A stretch of 63,381 bases of DNA, taken from the NCBI GenBank assembly GCA_041665085.1, contig JBAYJO010000005.1, positions 1 through 63,381 of the forward strand. Reading direction: 5' to 3'. Position numbers and translations under genes: made by a program. Source of the DNA: Patescibacteria group bacterium. GTDB taxonomy: Bacteria > Patescibacteriota > UBA1384 > JBAYJO01. Below the pieces are notes generated by a model that was not told the DNA's origin, did not search any database, and was given only the letters and a program-made list of their open reading frames with translations. Positions 1 through 9,314 of this stretch are shown here, piece by piece; positions within the stretch are counted from its first letter, which is position 1; each line of letters starts with the position of its first letter.

Positions 1-1
1 A

Positions 2-130
2 TACCTTACTTGGTATAACACCGAAAAACCGCACCGAAGCCTTGCTAAAATGTCCCCATTGCAGTATTTTGTAAATAACTTTACTAGTCCTCAAAAGTCC
101 AATATGTTATGGACCGCGACAACGCTTTGA
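2..130 (+). CDS. C-terminal fragment of a DDE (rve/integrase-core) transposase; the 5' part lies outside the window
   Basis: Frame 2 from the window edge is open and reads YLTWYNTEKPHRSLAKMSPLQYFVNNFTSPQKSNMLWTATTL*. The W-Y-N-x-x-(K/R)-P-H-x-S-L ... S-P motif is the conserved tail of rve-domain transposases (IS3/IS481-like). It is absent from the ORF track because it is truncated. Confidence 0.6.
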   Translation, partial: YLTWYNTEKPHRSLAKMSPLQYFVNNFTSPQKSNMLWTATTL

Positions 131-495
131 CAAGTTTGCAGCGCTTGGTATAATGATTTTAGTTTCATTTGATAGTTTTGGCTCCCAAGCGGGCCCACAT
201 TGTTTCTGTGTAGTCGGGGGGCTGTTTCAACCAGCGGGGCTAGTAGAGCTTTAATGCGCTTGGGAGCCAAGTAAATATGCAATTGCAACCTAGTTGCAAT
301 TGCGCTACAAGTCTGCCTATACATTGCACGCGTCGAGCAGTGAAAGGCAGTAAAGGGGGTAGTAAACGAAAGCGGTGAAGAGCCGCGATAGAAACCTAAT
401 CGTTTCATGCCACGCTTGACAATGGTCAGTGGCGTTTCGTACATTCTACCCCCTCTCAAATCTCGCCCCACCTACTTGGTGGGGCTTGCTGTATC
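131..495 (+). other. GC-rich, stem-rich non-coding region (IS end or unclassified structured RNA) ending in a hairpin
   Basis: Long-range complementarity: ggctcccaagcg (about 180) with cgcttgggagcc (about 262), aattgcaac/gttgcaatt (about 283-303), and gggggtag (about 353) with ctaccccc (about 447). The terminal hairpin is ccccacc-tactt-ggtgggg (about 466-486). The only ORF here (91..471, minus) has a GTG start, no SD and an R/S/T/L-rich product. Confidence 0.3.
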
Positions 496-554
496 ATCTA
501 TTGCTTTAATTATTTTTTGAAGATATAATTATGTCGAAAAGTAAGGAGTAAAAA

Positions 555-1175
555 ATGAATGAGATCAAAAATCAACATTTAGTTCCTATGGTTATTGAAA
601 AGACGCCATTTGGTGAGCGAGCTTTTGATATTTTTTCCAGACTTTTGAAAGATAGAATTATTTTTGTTGGCGGTCAAATTGATGATTCTATGGCTAATCT
701 AATTATGGCTCAAATCTTATTTCTGGCTTCAGAAGATCCAAATAAAGATATTCAAATGTATATAAATTCTCCCGGCGGCTCGGTTACAGCCGGACTGGCA
801 ATATATGATACGATGCAATATGTGAAACCCGATGTTTCAACTACTTGTATTGGTATGGCAGCTTCAATGGGAGCTTTTTTGCTTGCCGGTGGTACAAAAG
901 GTAAAAGATTTGCTTTGCCGAATTCAAAAATATTGTTGCATCAGGTTATGGGAGGAGCTTCTGGACAGGCTACAGAGATTGAAATTGCAGCTCGCGAGAT
1001 TTTAAAGGTTAAAAGACAGATGAATGAAATTCTTTCACGCAATACTGGTCAAAAACTGGATAAAATTGAGAAGGATACTGATAGAGATTTCTATATGACT
1101 CCAGAAGAAGCGTTGGAATACGGAGCGATCGATGAGGTCATTATAAAAGCTGAAGATGAGAAGTTGACAAAATAA
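555..1175 (+). CDS. clpP: ATP-dependent Clp protease proteolytic subunit
   Basis: The 206-aa product has ClpP hallmarks: [26 protein letters not shown], the catalytic Ser context [11 protein letters not shown] and LLHQ. An SD (taaggag) lies upstream of the ATG. Confidence 0.95.
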   Translation: MNEIKNQHLVPMVIEKTPFGERAFDIFSRLLKDRIIFVGGQIDDSMANLIMAQILFLASEDPNKDIQMYINSPGGSVTAGLAIYDTMQYVKPDVSTTCIGMAASMGAFLLAGGTKGKRFALPNSKILLHQVMGGASGQATEIEIAAREILKVKRQMNEILSRNTGQKLDKIEKDTDRDFYMTPEEALEYGAIDEVIIKAEDEKLTK

Positions 1176-1376
1176 TAGGGTTGTGATAAATTTATTTCAG
1201 AGGAATTAAAAACTGAACTGACCACATAAATAGTTATGTTAAGCATAACTATATTATATTGTCAGCTAAAATTTTGAACTTTAACAATTTAGGTAACAAC
1301 TATAGTCTTTCTATAGTTGTTCCGACTGTGCGAATCTATACAAAAAATTCAAAAAAAACGAGCTCAAAGCTCAAAC

Positions 1377-2986
<1,610 letters not shown>

Positions 2987-3102
2987 AAAGAGAATACTTT
3001 CTTTGAAAGTCAGTCCGATCCTTTAGGGGATCGAGGCAGGTCGGTCGGCATTTTTAAATGCTGATTACATAGCAGTCGGAACAACTATAGGTAGATTAGA
3101 CA

Positions 3103-3129
3103 AAATCGCCTGTTTAGGCGATTTTTTTG
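3103..3129 (+). terminator. Intrinsic terminator after the 16S transcription unit
   Basis: The hairpin aaatcgcc-tgttt-aggcgattt is followed by a T run, directly after the 3' half of the 16S processing stem. Confidence 0.6.
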
Positions 3130-3170
3130 TACTAATAATTTTTAATATTAATTATTTATATATAATTTTT

Positions 3171-3357
3171 GTAAGGGACAGAGGGCTCCTTTTCGATGGC
3201 CGCCCTCTATCCCTTACCAACCCAACTCCTGCCACGACTTTTTCATAAGCATAAAAAAATACTTATTTCCTAAAAGACACTCTGATGACCTATCCTGTTT
3301 CACAGGCAGGCACAGTTTCTTTTGGAGCATAAGTATTTTTTTACTTTCTGAAAAAGG
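3171..3357 (+). repeat. Composite hairpin element, copy 1 (module A hairpin, linker, module B roughly 130-nt hairpin)
   Basis: Module A is gtaagggacagagggc...gccctctatcccttac. Module B is ctttttcataagcataaaaaaatacttat...ataagtatttttttactttctgaaaaagg. The copy is almost identical to 31855-32020 and homologous to 51005-51192 and 17048-17247. Confidence 0.8.
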
Positions 3358-3367
3358 TTTACATTTG

Positions 3368-3395
3368 TTGACTTTGAGGGGTTTGTAACTATTAT
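3368..3395 (+). promoter_or_regulatory. Sigma70-like promoter for the GC-rich ORF 3432-3800
   Basis: TTGACT, a 16-nt spacer and TATTAT. The spacer carries GGGGTTTG, as at 32073-32099 and (minus strand) 24136-24164. Confidence 0.4.
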
Positions 3396-3431
3396 AAAAA
3401 GGTAGGATTTGATTAATAGGGGTAGCTGCAA

Positions 3432-3800
3432 ATGATCAAGGAAGGGATTGTTTGTATTCTTGTGAAGGGTCCTGACGCGAGAGAAGTTGAGCGAGCCAGA
3501 CTAGTTCCAGAGTGTCCCGAATGTAGTCTGCTCGATTTTCATGTAATCTCTCCAGAGCATGGGTTTGTGGAGAAATGGCATGTCAGGGCACATGAAGTGA
3601 GAGTTGATGCAAGCTCGCAAACGATTGTCGGATTGATGGTAAGAGATGCTCCGTATTTGCCGGAAGATCGACCTGAAGGTTGGAAACCGACTACCTACAT
3701 AGCTATCTTTACAAGATACGGAGTTGAGCTGGAATATTATCTTGATAAGAAACAGCTCAAAATAACGAAGTGTGTGAAAATACCGCTATTGAGCGAATAA
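3432..3800 (+). CDS. Hypothetical protein (GC-rich orphan islet 1)
   Basis: A 122-aa ORF, clearly more GC-rich than its neighbours. It has a promoter-like site upstream and a GC hairpin downstream (aaagcgtatgca-ttgcatgcgcttt). I recognise no family. Confidence 0.5.
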   Translation: MIKEGIVCILVKGPDAREVERARLVPECPECSLLDFHVISPEHGFVEKWHVRAHEVRVDASSQTIVGLMVRDAPYLPEDRPEGWKPTTYIAIFTRYGVELEYYLDKKQLKITKCVKIPLLSE

Positions 3801-3953
3801 GGGGGCAGATCTCTAGCAGTTTGAGAAGGGGGTGACTAAAGCGTATGCATTGCATGCGCTTTCACCTATGTAGACTACTTTATGTATTGAATTAAGAAGT
3901 TATTTTTGTTATAATCTATTTGTTATGAATATTTTTAATCGAGGCTTGATGAA

Positions 3954-4030
<77 letters not shown>

Positions 4031-4046
4031 TTAAATCTTGATAGCA

Positions 4047-4174
4047 AGAGCGCGCGCTTCTCTGATGTCGATCCGCCAAGGCGGACGACGTAAAAAAATT
4101 GATAATGGAAACTATTAGATGCAATTTTTTTAGAAGGAAGAGGTCACTGATTCTTCGTTAAGTAAGTACCACCA
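4047..4174 (+). pseudogene. Degenerate second tRNA-Ile copy with a roughly 67-nt insertion in the anticodon loop
   Basis: agagcgc(gcg)cttctctgat, then an insertion at 4067-4133, then aaggaagaggtcactgattc...gtaccacca. This repeats tRNA-Ile positions about 20-76. The 5' acceptor/D arm and a proper T loop are missing. Confidence 0.5.
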
Positions 4175-4238
4175 AAAGATTTTAAAAAGACCGATATGAC
4201 TTTATAAACTTTTAACTTTACGAACTTTATAAACTATC

Positions 4239-4745
4239 ATGACAGCAACCTCACATTTATTAATCGGTTCTGCTCTTGGAGCCGCCACTGGAAATTCATA
4301 TGCGGCTTTTTTTGTAGGTGTGGCAAGTCATTTTGTTTGTGATCTCCTGCCTCATGTTGATGCAGCAATTGTGGATGAAAAAGGAGAATCTGAAGATATT
4401 ACAACAGATTTAGATCATTCATTTAAAGCATATCTTGTTGCTTCAATTGATATCCTTGTTGGATTAATAGTCACTGCTTTTTTTGTGTTTAGTTCCGAAA
4501 GTAATCTGATGTGGCCGATAATTTGGGGGGCTGTCGGTGGATTGAGCATTGATATTATAGATAATGTACCGTTTTGGAGTGGTTTTGTCAGAAAATTGCC
4601 TTTTTTTAGGTCTCTTCATAATTTTCACGAAGGTTTGCATTCTGTTGGCAAAAAATTTAAAAAAAATCATAAATCGTATGGAATGTGGTCTCAAATAATT
4701 TTAATTGCTTTAAGCCTCTTTTATTTATTGAATAAACTGGTATAA
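4239..4745 (+). CDS. Multi-pass membrane protein, possibly YdjM/DUF457-like metal-dependent hydrolase
   Basis: 168 aa. An N-terminal TSHLLIGSALG and HFVCDLLPHVD resemble the DUF457 His/Asp pattern, and there are several hydrophobic segments. A perfect 20-bp inverted repeat brackets the gene (4198-4217 / 4752-4771). Confidence 0.35.
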   Translation: MTATSHLLIGSALGAATGNSYAAFFVGVASHFVCDLLPHVDAAIVDEKGESEDITTDLDHSFKAYLVASIDILVGLIVTAFFVFSSESNLMWPIIWGAVGGLSIDIIDNVPFWSGFVRKLPFFRSLHNFHEGLHSVGKKFKKNHKSYGMWSQIILIALSLFYLLNKLV

Positions 4746-4853
4746 TTAAATAGTTAAAAGTTTATAAAGTCCGTAAAGTTAGAAAGTTAATTGAGTTTTA
4801 CTATCGTAATTATTACCAATAACTTTTGACTTTCAACTCAAGAAGGAGGGAAA

Positions 4854-5072
4854 ATGCCAAATATCGTGCTTCGAATATTAATCTTTATTGGTTGTTTTGC
4901 GGCCGGCCTTGGGCTGATTGCTAAAACACTCCCTTGGGTTAATTTAGTTGGCTATAGTTCGTGGGCAGAGCAGCATTTGGGAGGCGGCGGCACATACACA
5001 ATGTGGAAATTAATAGGTATTTTGTTAATAATTGCCGGAGTAATGGTTTTAGTTGGGACACTTCCGGTATAA
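4854..5072 (+). CDS. Small two-TM membrane protein
   Basis: 72 aa with a strong SD (aaggaggg) 5 nt upstream and two hydrophobic helices. Confidence 0.5.
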   Translation: MPNIVLRILIFIGCFAAGLGLIAKTLPWVNLVGYSSWAEQHLGGGGTYTMWKLIGILLIIAGVMVLVGTLPV

Positions 5073-5081
5073 TTATTTTAC

Positions 5082-5131
5082 GGGCCCGTAGCTCATCTGG
5101 TAGAGCGGTCGCCTAGGCGACAGGTGGCAGG
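5082..5131 (+). pseudogene. Truncated 5' copy of tRNA-Ala
   Basis: The first 26 nt (gggcccgtagctcatctggtagagcg) and aggtggcagg are identical to the intact tRNA-Ala at 5387. The anticodon arm is replaced by the palindrome gtcgcctaggcgac, and the copy is cut off in the T stem. Confidence 0.7.
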
Positions 5132-5144
5132 ATTAATTATTATT

Positions 5145-5396
5145 ATGTATTATGTTTATATATTAAGGAGTTTAGTAAACGATCGGTTGTATACAGGATC
5201 GACAAATAATCTATCCAGGCGTTTAGAAGAACATAATTCAGGAAAGAGTAAATATACGAAATTAACAGCACCTTTTCAGTTGATATATTCAGAAGAACAC
5301 AAAACCAGATCAGAGGCTTATAAAAGAGAACTGTTTTTAAAAAGTGGGAAAGGTAGGGAGTATCTTAAAAATTTACTGGTGGATCTGGGCCCGTAG
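5145..5396 (+). CDS. GIY-YIG nuclease family protein (COG2827/UPF0213-like)
   Basis: YVYILRS...RLYTGSTNNLSRRLEEHNSGKSKYTK...LIYSEEHKTRSEAYKRELFLKS matches the GIY...YIG...R...E...N pattern of small stand-alone GIY-YIG proteins. Its stop codon lies inside the tRNA-Ala 5' end. Confidence 0.85.
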   Translation: MYYVYILRSLVNDRLYTGSTNNLSRRLEEHNSGKSKYTKLTAPFQLIYSEEHKTRSEAYKRELFLKSGKGREYLKNLLVDLGP

Positions 5397-5462
5397 CTCA
5401 TCTGGTAGAGCGCCTGCTTTGCACGCAGGAGGTGGCAGGTTCGAGTCCTGTCGGGTCCACCA
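5387..5462 (+). tRNA. tRNA-Ala (anticodon TGC), CCA encoded
   Basis: Acceptor GGGCCCG/CGGGTCC with the G3:U70 identity pair, anticodon stem CCTGC/GCAGG with loop TTTGCAC, and T arm GCAGG-TTCGAGT-CCTGT. Confidence 0.9.
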
Positions 5463-5587
5463 GTAAATTTTTAAGAAAATAAAGACTAATCTGAAGATTA
5501 GTCTTTTGCCTTTTGACCAAAGTATCAGTATGATATTATTCAAACAATAAAGAGATGTCCCGGGCTGCGCCCGGGACTAGTTTTGCC

Positions 5588-6355
5588 TTACAAGATTCCC
5601 AATACTTTCCTCTTGACAAACAAGGCTTTGAGTATTGTGGAAACGGCGCTTGTAAGCTCATCTCGGTTTTCGTCGTTTAGCACAACGACATAGTCTGCCA
5701 TATGCAGGAGTGATTCTGCCTGTGCGAGGTGGTAGTCGATTTTCTGGCTAAGTATATCCATCTCGCTTCCGCGCTTAGCATACCATTGTGCCAATACCGA
5801 TGGATCGGACGGTATCATGAAGATTGTGGTCGGCATGCCGACCACAGGGCTGCGCGAGTTTTCGAAGGACAGCCTGCATAGCAGATAAGACAGCGTGTCT
5901 AGCCCGACTCCTGTACAAATCCAATATGCATCTTCTGCATCTGCTTGTGCTATTGCCTCGTGAAAAGCGGCCTTATGAAAACCATAGTAATGGCCGTTCA
6001 CAGGCGCTTGGAAAAAGAAGATCAGATTTTTTCTCGTGAATACGGGGTCTTCGAATTGCTCTTTTGAGAGGAAAATCATATCTCCATCGTTCATCCGCGG
6101 AAGCACCAGCCCGTTCACTTCACCTTCGCGTTTCGGGCGGCTGGTAGCAATCGGCAAATGTCGGGTTAACTTTTTCGCGATCGTTGTCTTTCCGATCGAT
6201 GGAGGTCCGGCCAACACAGCCACTCTGTTCATATTCCTCAACTCGAAAGAATTGAGTGGACTGAATCGTGTATCGACAAGAGATACCCAGTCACTCGGCG
6301 TTCCTTCAAACCCAAGCGGCCTTATCTGTTCAAACGGATCTTTGTCCATCTTCAT
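5588..6355 (-). CDS. Guanylate kinase family protein (GC-rich islet 2), with an N-terminal extension
   Basis: P-loop LAGPPSIGKTT. SRPKREGEVNG...FLSKEQFE...NGHYYGF parallels Gmk TTRxPRxGExxGxxYxFVxxxxF...GNYYGT, and VVLNDE parallels IVNDD. The start is taken at the ATG preceded by aggaga (6355); the track start is 6385. Confidence 0.6.
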   Translation of the reverse strand: MKMDKDPFEQIRPLGFEGTPSDWVSLVDTRFSPLNSFELRNMNRVAVLAGPPSIGKTTIAKKLTRHLPIATSRPKREGEVNGLVLPRMNDGDMIFLSKEQFEDPVFTRKNLIFFFQAPVNGHYYGFHKAAFHEAIAQADAEDAYWICTGVGLDTLSYLLCRLSFENSRSPVVGMPTTIFMIPSDPSVLAQWYAKRGSEMDILSQKIDYHLAQAESLLHMADYVVVLNDENRDELTSAVSTILKALFVKRKVLGIL

Positions 6356-6549
6356 TCTCCTGGTGCAAAAATTGGTATTGTCCAATCAATTGTATTGACT
6401 GAACCTCACCAAGTTTCCACTAGCTTTTTAAGTTTTAAAAAAGTGGCTATATTATAGTGTAATTTGTTTAAAAATGCAATTCTTTTGATGCGTTTTTAGT
6501 TTGATGTAATATCATTGCATTTGTAAGATGTTTTAATATTTAAATAGAA

Positions 6550-7284
6550 CTATTTGATAATATCTGTTGTTTCAATTAGTTTATAATAAGTTTCAAGATC
6601 GGTTGTATAATTTGTTTCATTGGTTTCAAGACTATATTCAAGAAGATCGCCTTTTTTCTGCAATATTTGGCAGTAAAGGACTAAATTTGTTGCTTGTTTA
6701 GTCTGCCAACAGCGAGATTCTTTTGCATTATTAAAATTTTTATTAATCATGCGATCAAAATCAGGTTTTTTAGTTATTACTTCTTGAAATTTCTTTTGGT
6801 TCGCATCAGAGAAAATATTATCTTCTGTAACAATAATCGTACCATTGATATATCTGACCCCAGTAAATTGAGAATCTCCCGTAATTTTGCCGGATGCGAT
6901 ATTTGTTGCTAATTTTTTGTCATTTTCTGATGCAAATACAAATATTGGTGTGCCTGTTCCGGAAGGGAAGAATGGTTCGCTGACCCAGCCTGCAGTAAGC
7001 GAAAAGGCAATATAATCTTTATTATTTTTTTGAATAATAATGCTTTGATATTTTGTAATGTCCGCGCTTGTTTGAGCTTGATCAGTAGCAGTATTTTTTG
7101 TTTTTTTAAGATCTTGAAGTTTTAATATTGAAAAAACTATCAATCCAAGGCATAATAACGCAGTGAAAATTAGACTAATAAAAAATATTCTTCTTTTTAA
7201 TTCTTCAACATAAATCTTTTTACTAAGAGATGATTTATTTTGGATTGGTGGATTATTTTGATTATTTAAAGGATTAAAATCCAA
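6550..7284 (-). CDS. Membrane-anchored hypothetical protein
   Basis: 244 aa with a TTG start behind taaggaggg and a single N-terminal TM (FFISLIFTALLCLGLIVFSIL). The composition is AT-rich, like the native genes. Confidence 0.5.
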   Translation of the reverse strand: MDFNPLNNQNNPPIQNKSSLSKKIYVEELKRRIFFISLIFTALLCLGLIVFSILKLQDLKKTKNTATDQAQTSADITKYQSIIIQKNNKDYIAFSLTAGWVSEPFFPSGTGTPIFVFASENDKKLATNIASGKITGDSQFTGVRYINGTIIVTEDNIFSDANQKKFQEVITKKPDFDRMINKNFNNAKESRCWQTKQATNLVLYCQILQKKGDLLEYSLETNETNYTTDLETYYKLIETTDIIK

Positions 7285-7430
7285 TTTCCCTCCTTAAATA
7301 GTTAAAAGTTAATAAAGTTAATAAAGTTTATAAAGTTCGTAAAGTTAAATAGATTGCTTCGCTTTGCTCGCAATGACATGGAAAGGGTCTGCAATGACAG
7401 AGTGGTCAAAGGTCTTTTAGCTTTATAAAC

Positions 7431-7970
7431 TTACTCCAAACAACAATCAACTGTTTTTTTGACAAGCGTACCGAGTTTTTTCATTAAGCCTGTTTTTTCT
7501 TTATCGTTTTTATTTATTTGATTATCATCTATTTTTTTAATATTTTTCGTGTCAATTACATTCATGTTTAAACCCCAAAACAATGAATAGAGGTTGTATG
7601 CTTTTTCAAAATATTCTTTTGCGTCATCTTTATTTCCTCGATCATATGCTTTGGTTCCGACTTCCATCAGCCTCATTGATGCGGCAAGCAAATGTTTTGA
7701 AATGCACCAAACTTCACCTTCAGGATCTTTAACAATTTTTTTAAGCAAATCTTTTCTGATTGATCTGGTTTCATTAAGAAGTTTGAAATATTCGCTATTT
7801 TCAGTTTTTGCACCTGTAAAGAAGAAATGTTCTTCAATTGAAATTAAATTCATAATTGCAATTGAAAGATCTTCATCTGAAGAAAGATCGAGTTTGTTTT
7901 TAGTTGTGTTAGCTTTTGCTAATAATTCTTGAATTTTTTTTTCTGTGTTCATTTTATCTTTTGGTAACAT
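7431..7970 (-). CDS. Hypothetical protein
   Basis: A 179-aa helical/charged protein whose start overlaps the stop of the upstream gene (an alternative start is M7 at 7952). I recognise no family. Confidence 0.45.
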   Translation of the reverse strand: MLPKDKMNTEKKIQELLAKANTTKNKLDLSSDEDLSIAIMNLISIEEHFFFTGAKTENSEYFKLLNETRSIRKDLLKKIVKDPEGEVWCISKHLLAASMRLMEVGTKAYDRGNKDDAKEYFEKAYNLYSLFWGLNMNVIDTKNIKKIDDNQINKNDKEKTGLMKKLGTLVKKTVDCCLE

Positions 7971-8475
7971 AATAAAATATTAAGCTAGCTATAATTATGA
8001 GAGATACAGGTATAATGGTTTTTTGAAAAGGAAAATATACTTTGTTATTATTTTTTGCTCGCAGATAGTTATGAAAATAATAAGAGATAATAATAATAAT
8101 ACTGCCGATTGTTATACTTAAGGTGAGTTTATCCATGCCCCAAATTTTATTAAATCCTTTTCCGATGAAATGATAAAGGTAAAGTGGAATTAGAATCGAT
8201 AAATAATAAAATAACAATACAAATATTTTTCTAAACATGAATTTAATTGATTTTTTATCTAACCAATTCACGGTCCAGATGACCATTGACATTGTGAGAG
8301 CGCCTATCCACAGACCGCTGACTGTATCGTCAATATGGTAATATTCTGAAATTCCAAGTCCGGCAACTAAGGTGACAGAACAAACCGGACAAAAGGCTAA
8401 TGCTTTTGCTGGAATAGTTATTATTAAAAACGAAATAACTGAATAAAATATGGTTTTTTTGTCTATTTTTCTCAT
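7954..8475 (-). CDS. Multi-pass membrane protein
   Basis: 173 aa with four to five hydrophobic segments and a CPVC motif. It forms an operon with 7431-7970. Confidence 0.5.
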   Translation of the reverse strand: MRKIDKKTIFYSVISFLIITIPAKALAFCPVCSVTLVAGLGISEYYHIDDTVSGLWIGALTMSMVIWTVNWLDKKSIKFMFRKIFVLLFYYLSILIPLYLYHFIGKGFNKIWGMDKLTLSITIGSIIIIISYYFHNYLRAKNNNKVYFPFQKTIIPVSLIIIASLIFYYVTKR

Positions 8476-8630
8476 TACTTTGTGATTATTATGTGATACA
8501 AATTTATTAAACCATAAATATAGTTTTATTCAAAGTTATTGACTCTACTTTAGGGTGTAGTATATTTGAATCAGAGGATAAGCGATATGCTTGGGTCGAT
8601 ATTCTTAGAAATAGATTTATAGGAGGATTT

Positions 8631-9314
8631 ATGACAACTTCATTTAGTGATTGGGTAGATGCTTTTTCGACTTCCATGAGCAATATGATGGATCGTATAA
8701 TAAATTTTGTTCCTAATGCTTTCGGCGCTTTTTTGCTTATTCTTGTTGGTTGGATTATCGGAATTATCTTAGGAAAAATAGTTGAAAAACTATTAAAACT
8801 TATCGGTATTCAGACTCTTTCCGAAAAAGCCAAAATCGAGGATTTGATTAAAAGAGCTGAAATTAAGATGAGCTTAAGTGAACTTTTAGGTTCGTTTGTT
8901 AAGTGGGTAGTATTAATTGTTGCATTTGTTTCAGCTGCTGATATTCTTCAGCTTCCGCAAATTTCCGAGTTTCTGAACAAAATTCTTGCTTATATTCCAA
9001 ATGTTGCTGCTGCAATCGGAATTATTTTAATTGGTGCGGTTGCTGCACATTTCTTGTCCAATGTTGTTTCCGCAACAGTTAAGGCAATGAATATTGGTTT
9101 TGATAACTTTGCAGTTGCTGTAACAAAATGGTCGGTTTGGATTTTTTCGATTCTTGCAGCCATGTATCAGCTTCAAATTGCTTCAGGACTTATTCAAACC
9201 CTATTTATGGGAATTGTTGCTTTGATCGCAATTTCAGGTGGACTTGCCTTTGGTCTTGGTGGACAAGATGCGGCAAAAGATATTCTTAGTAAGATCAAAA
9301 AACAGATTCAATAG
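8631..9314 (+). CDS. Multi-pass membrane protein (possibly a 'conserved TM helix' / MscS-related family)
   Basis: 227 aa with an SD (aggagg) and repeated long hydrophobic helices separated by K/E-rich linkers. The family assignment is tentative. Confidence 0.35.
   Translation: MTTSFSDWVDAFSTSMSNMMDRIINFVPNAFGAFLLILVGWIIGIILGKIVEKLLKLIGIQTLSEKAKIEDLIKRAEIKMSLSELLGSFVKWVVLIVAFVSAADILQLPQISEFLNKILAYIPNVAAAIGIILIGAVAAHFLSNVVSATVKAMNIGFDNFAVAVTKWSVWIFSILAAMYQLQIASGLIQTLFMGIVALIAISGGLAFGLGGQDAAKDILSKIKKQIQ

Noticed and set aside
91-471. A 126-aa minus-strand ORF upstream of clpP
   Set aside because: It has a GTG start and no SD, and its product is R/S/T/L-rich and of low plausibility. It overlaps the transposase 3' end and covers a region full of RNA-like stems. 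I treat it as a by-product of GC-rich non-coding sequence.
131-495. tmRNA, RNase P RNA or SRP RNA identity for the structured region
   Set aside because: I found no GGGG..acceptor plus TPsiC-like GGTTCGA..CCA end or tag ORF ending in AA-stop, which would indicate tmRNA. I found no GAGGAAAGTCC/ACAGAA..GGCTTA P4 pair, which would indicate RNase P. I found no GGAA/AGCAG domain IV motif, which would indicate SRP RNA. A model scan is still advisable.
3250-3330. A CTGATGA string in the hairpin element, suggesting a hammerhead ribozyme
   Set aside because: No GAAA element or proper stem II/III arrangement follows. The string is not conserved in copy 3 (which has ..ttctgatcc..) or copy 4.
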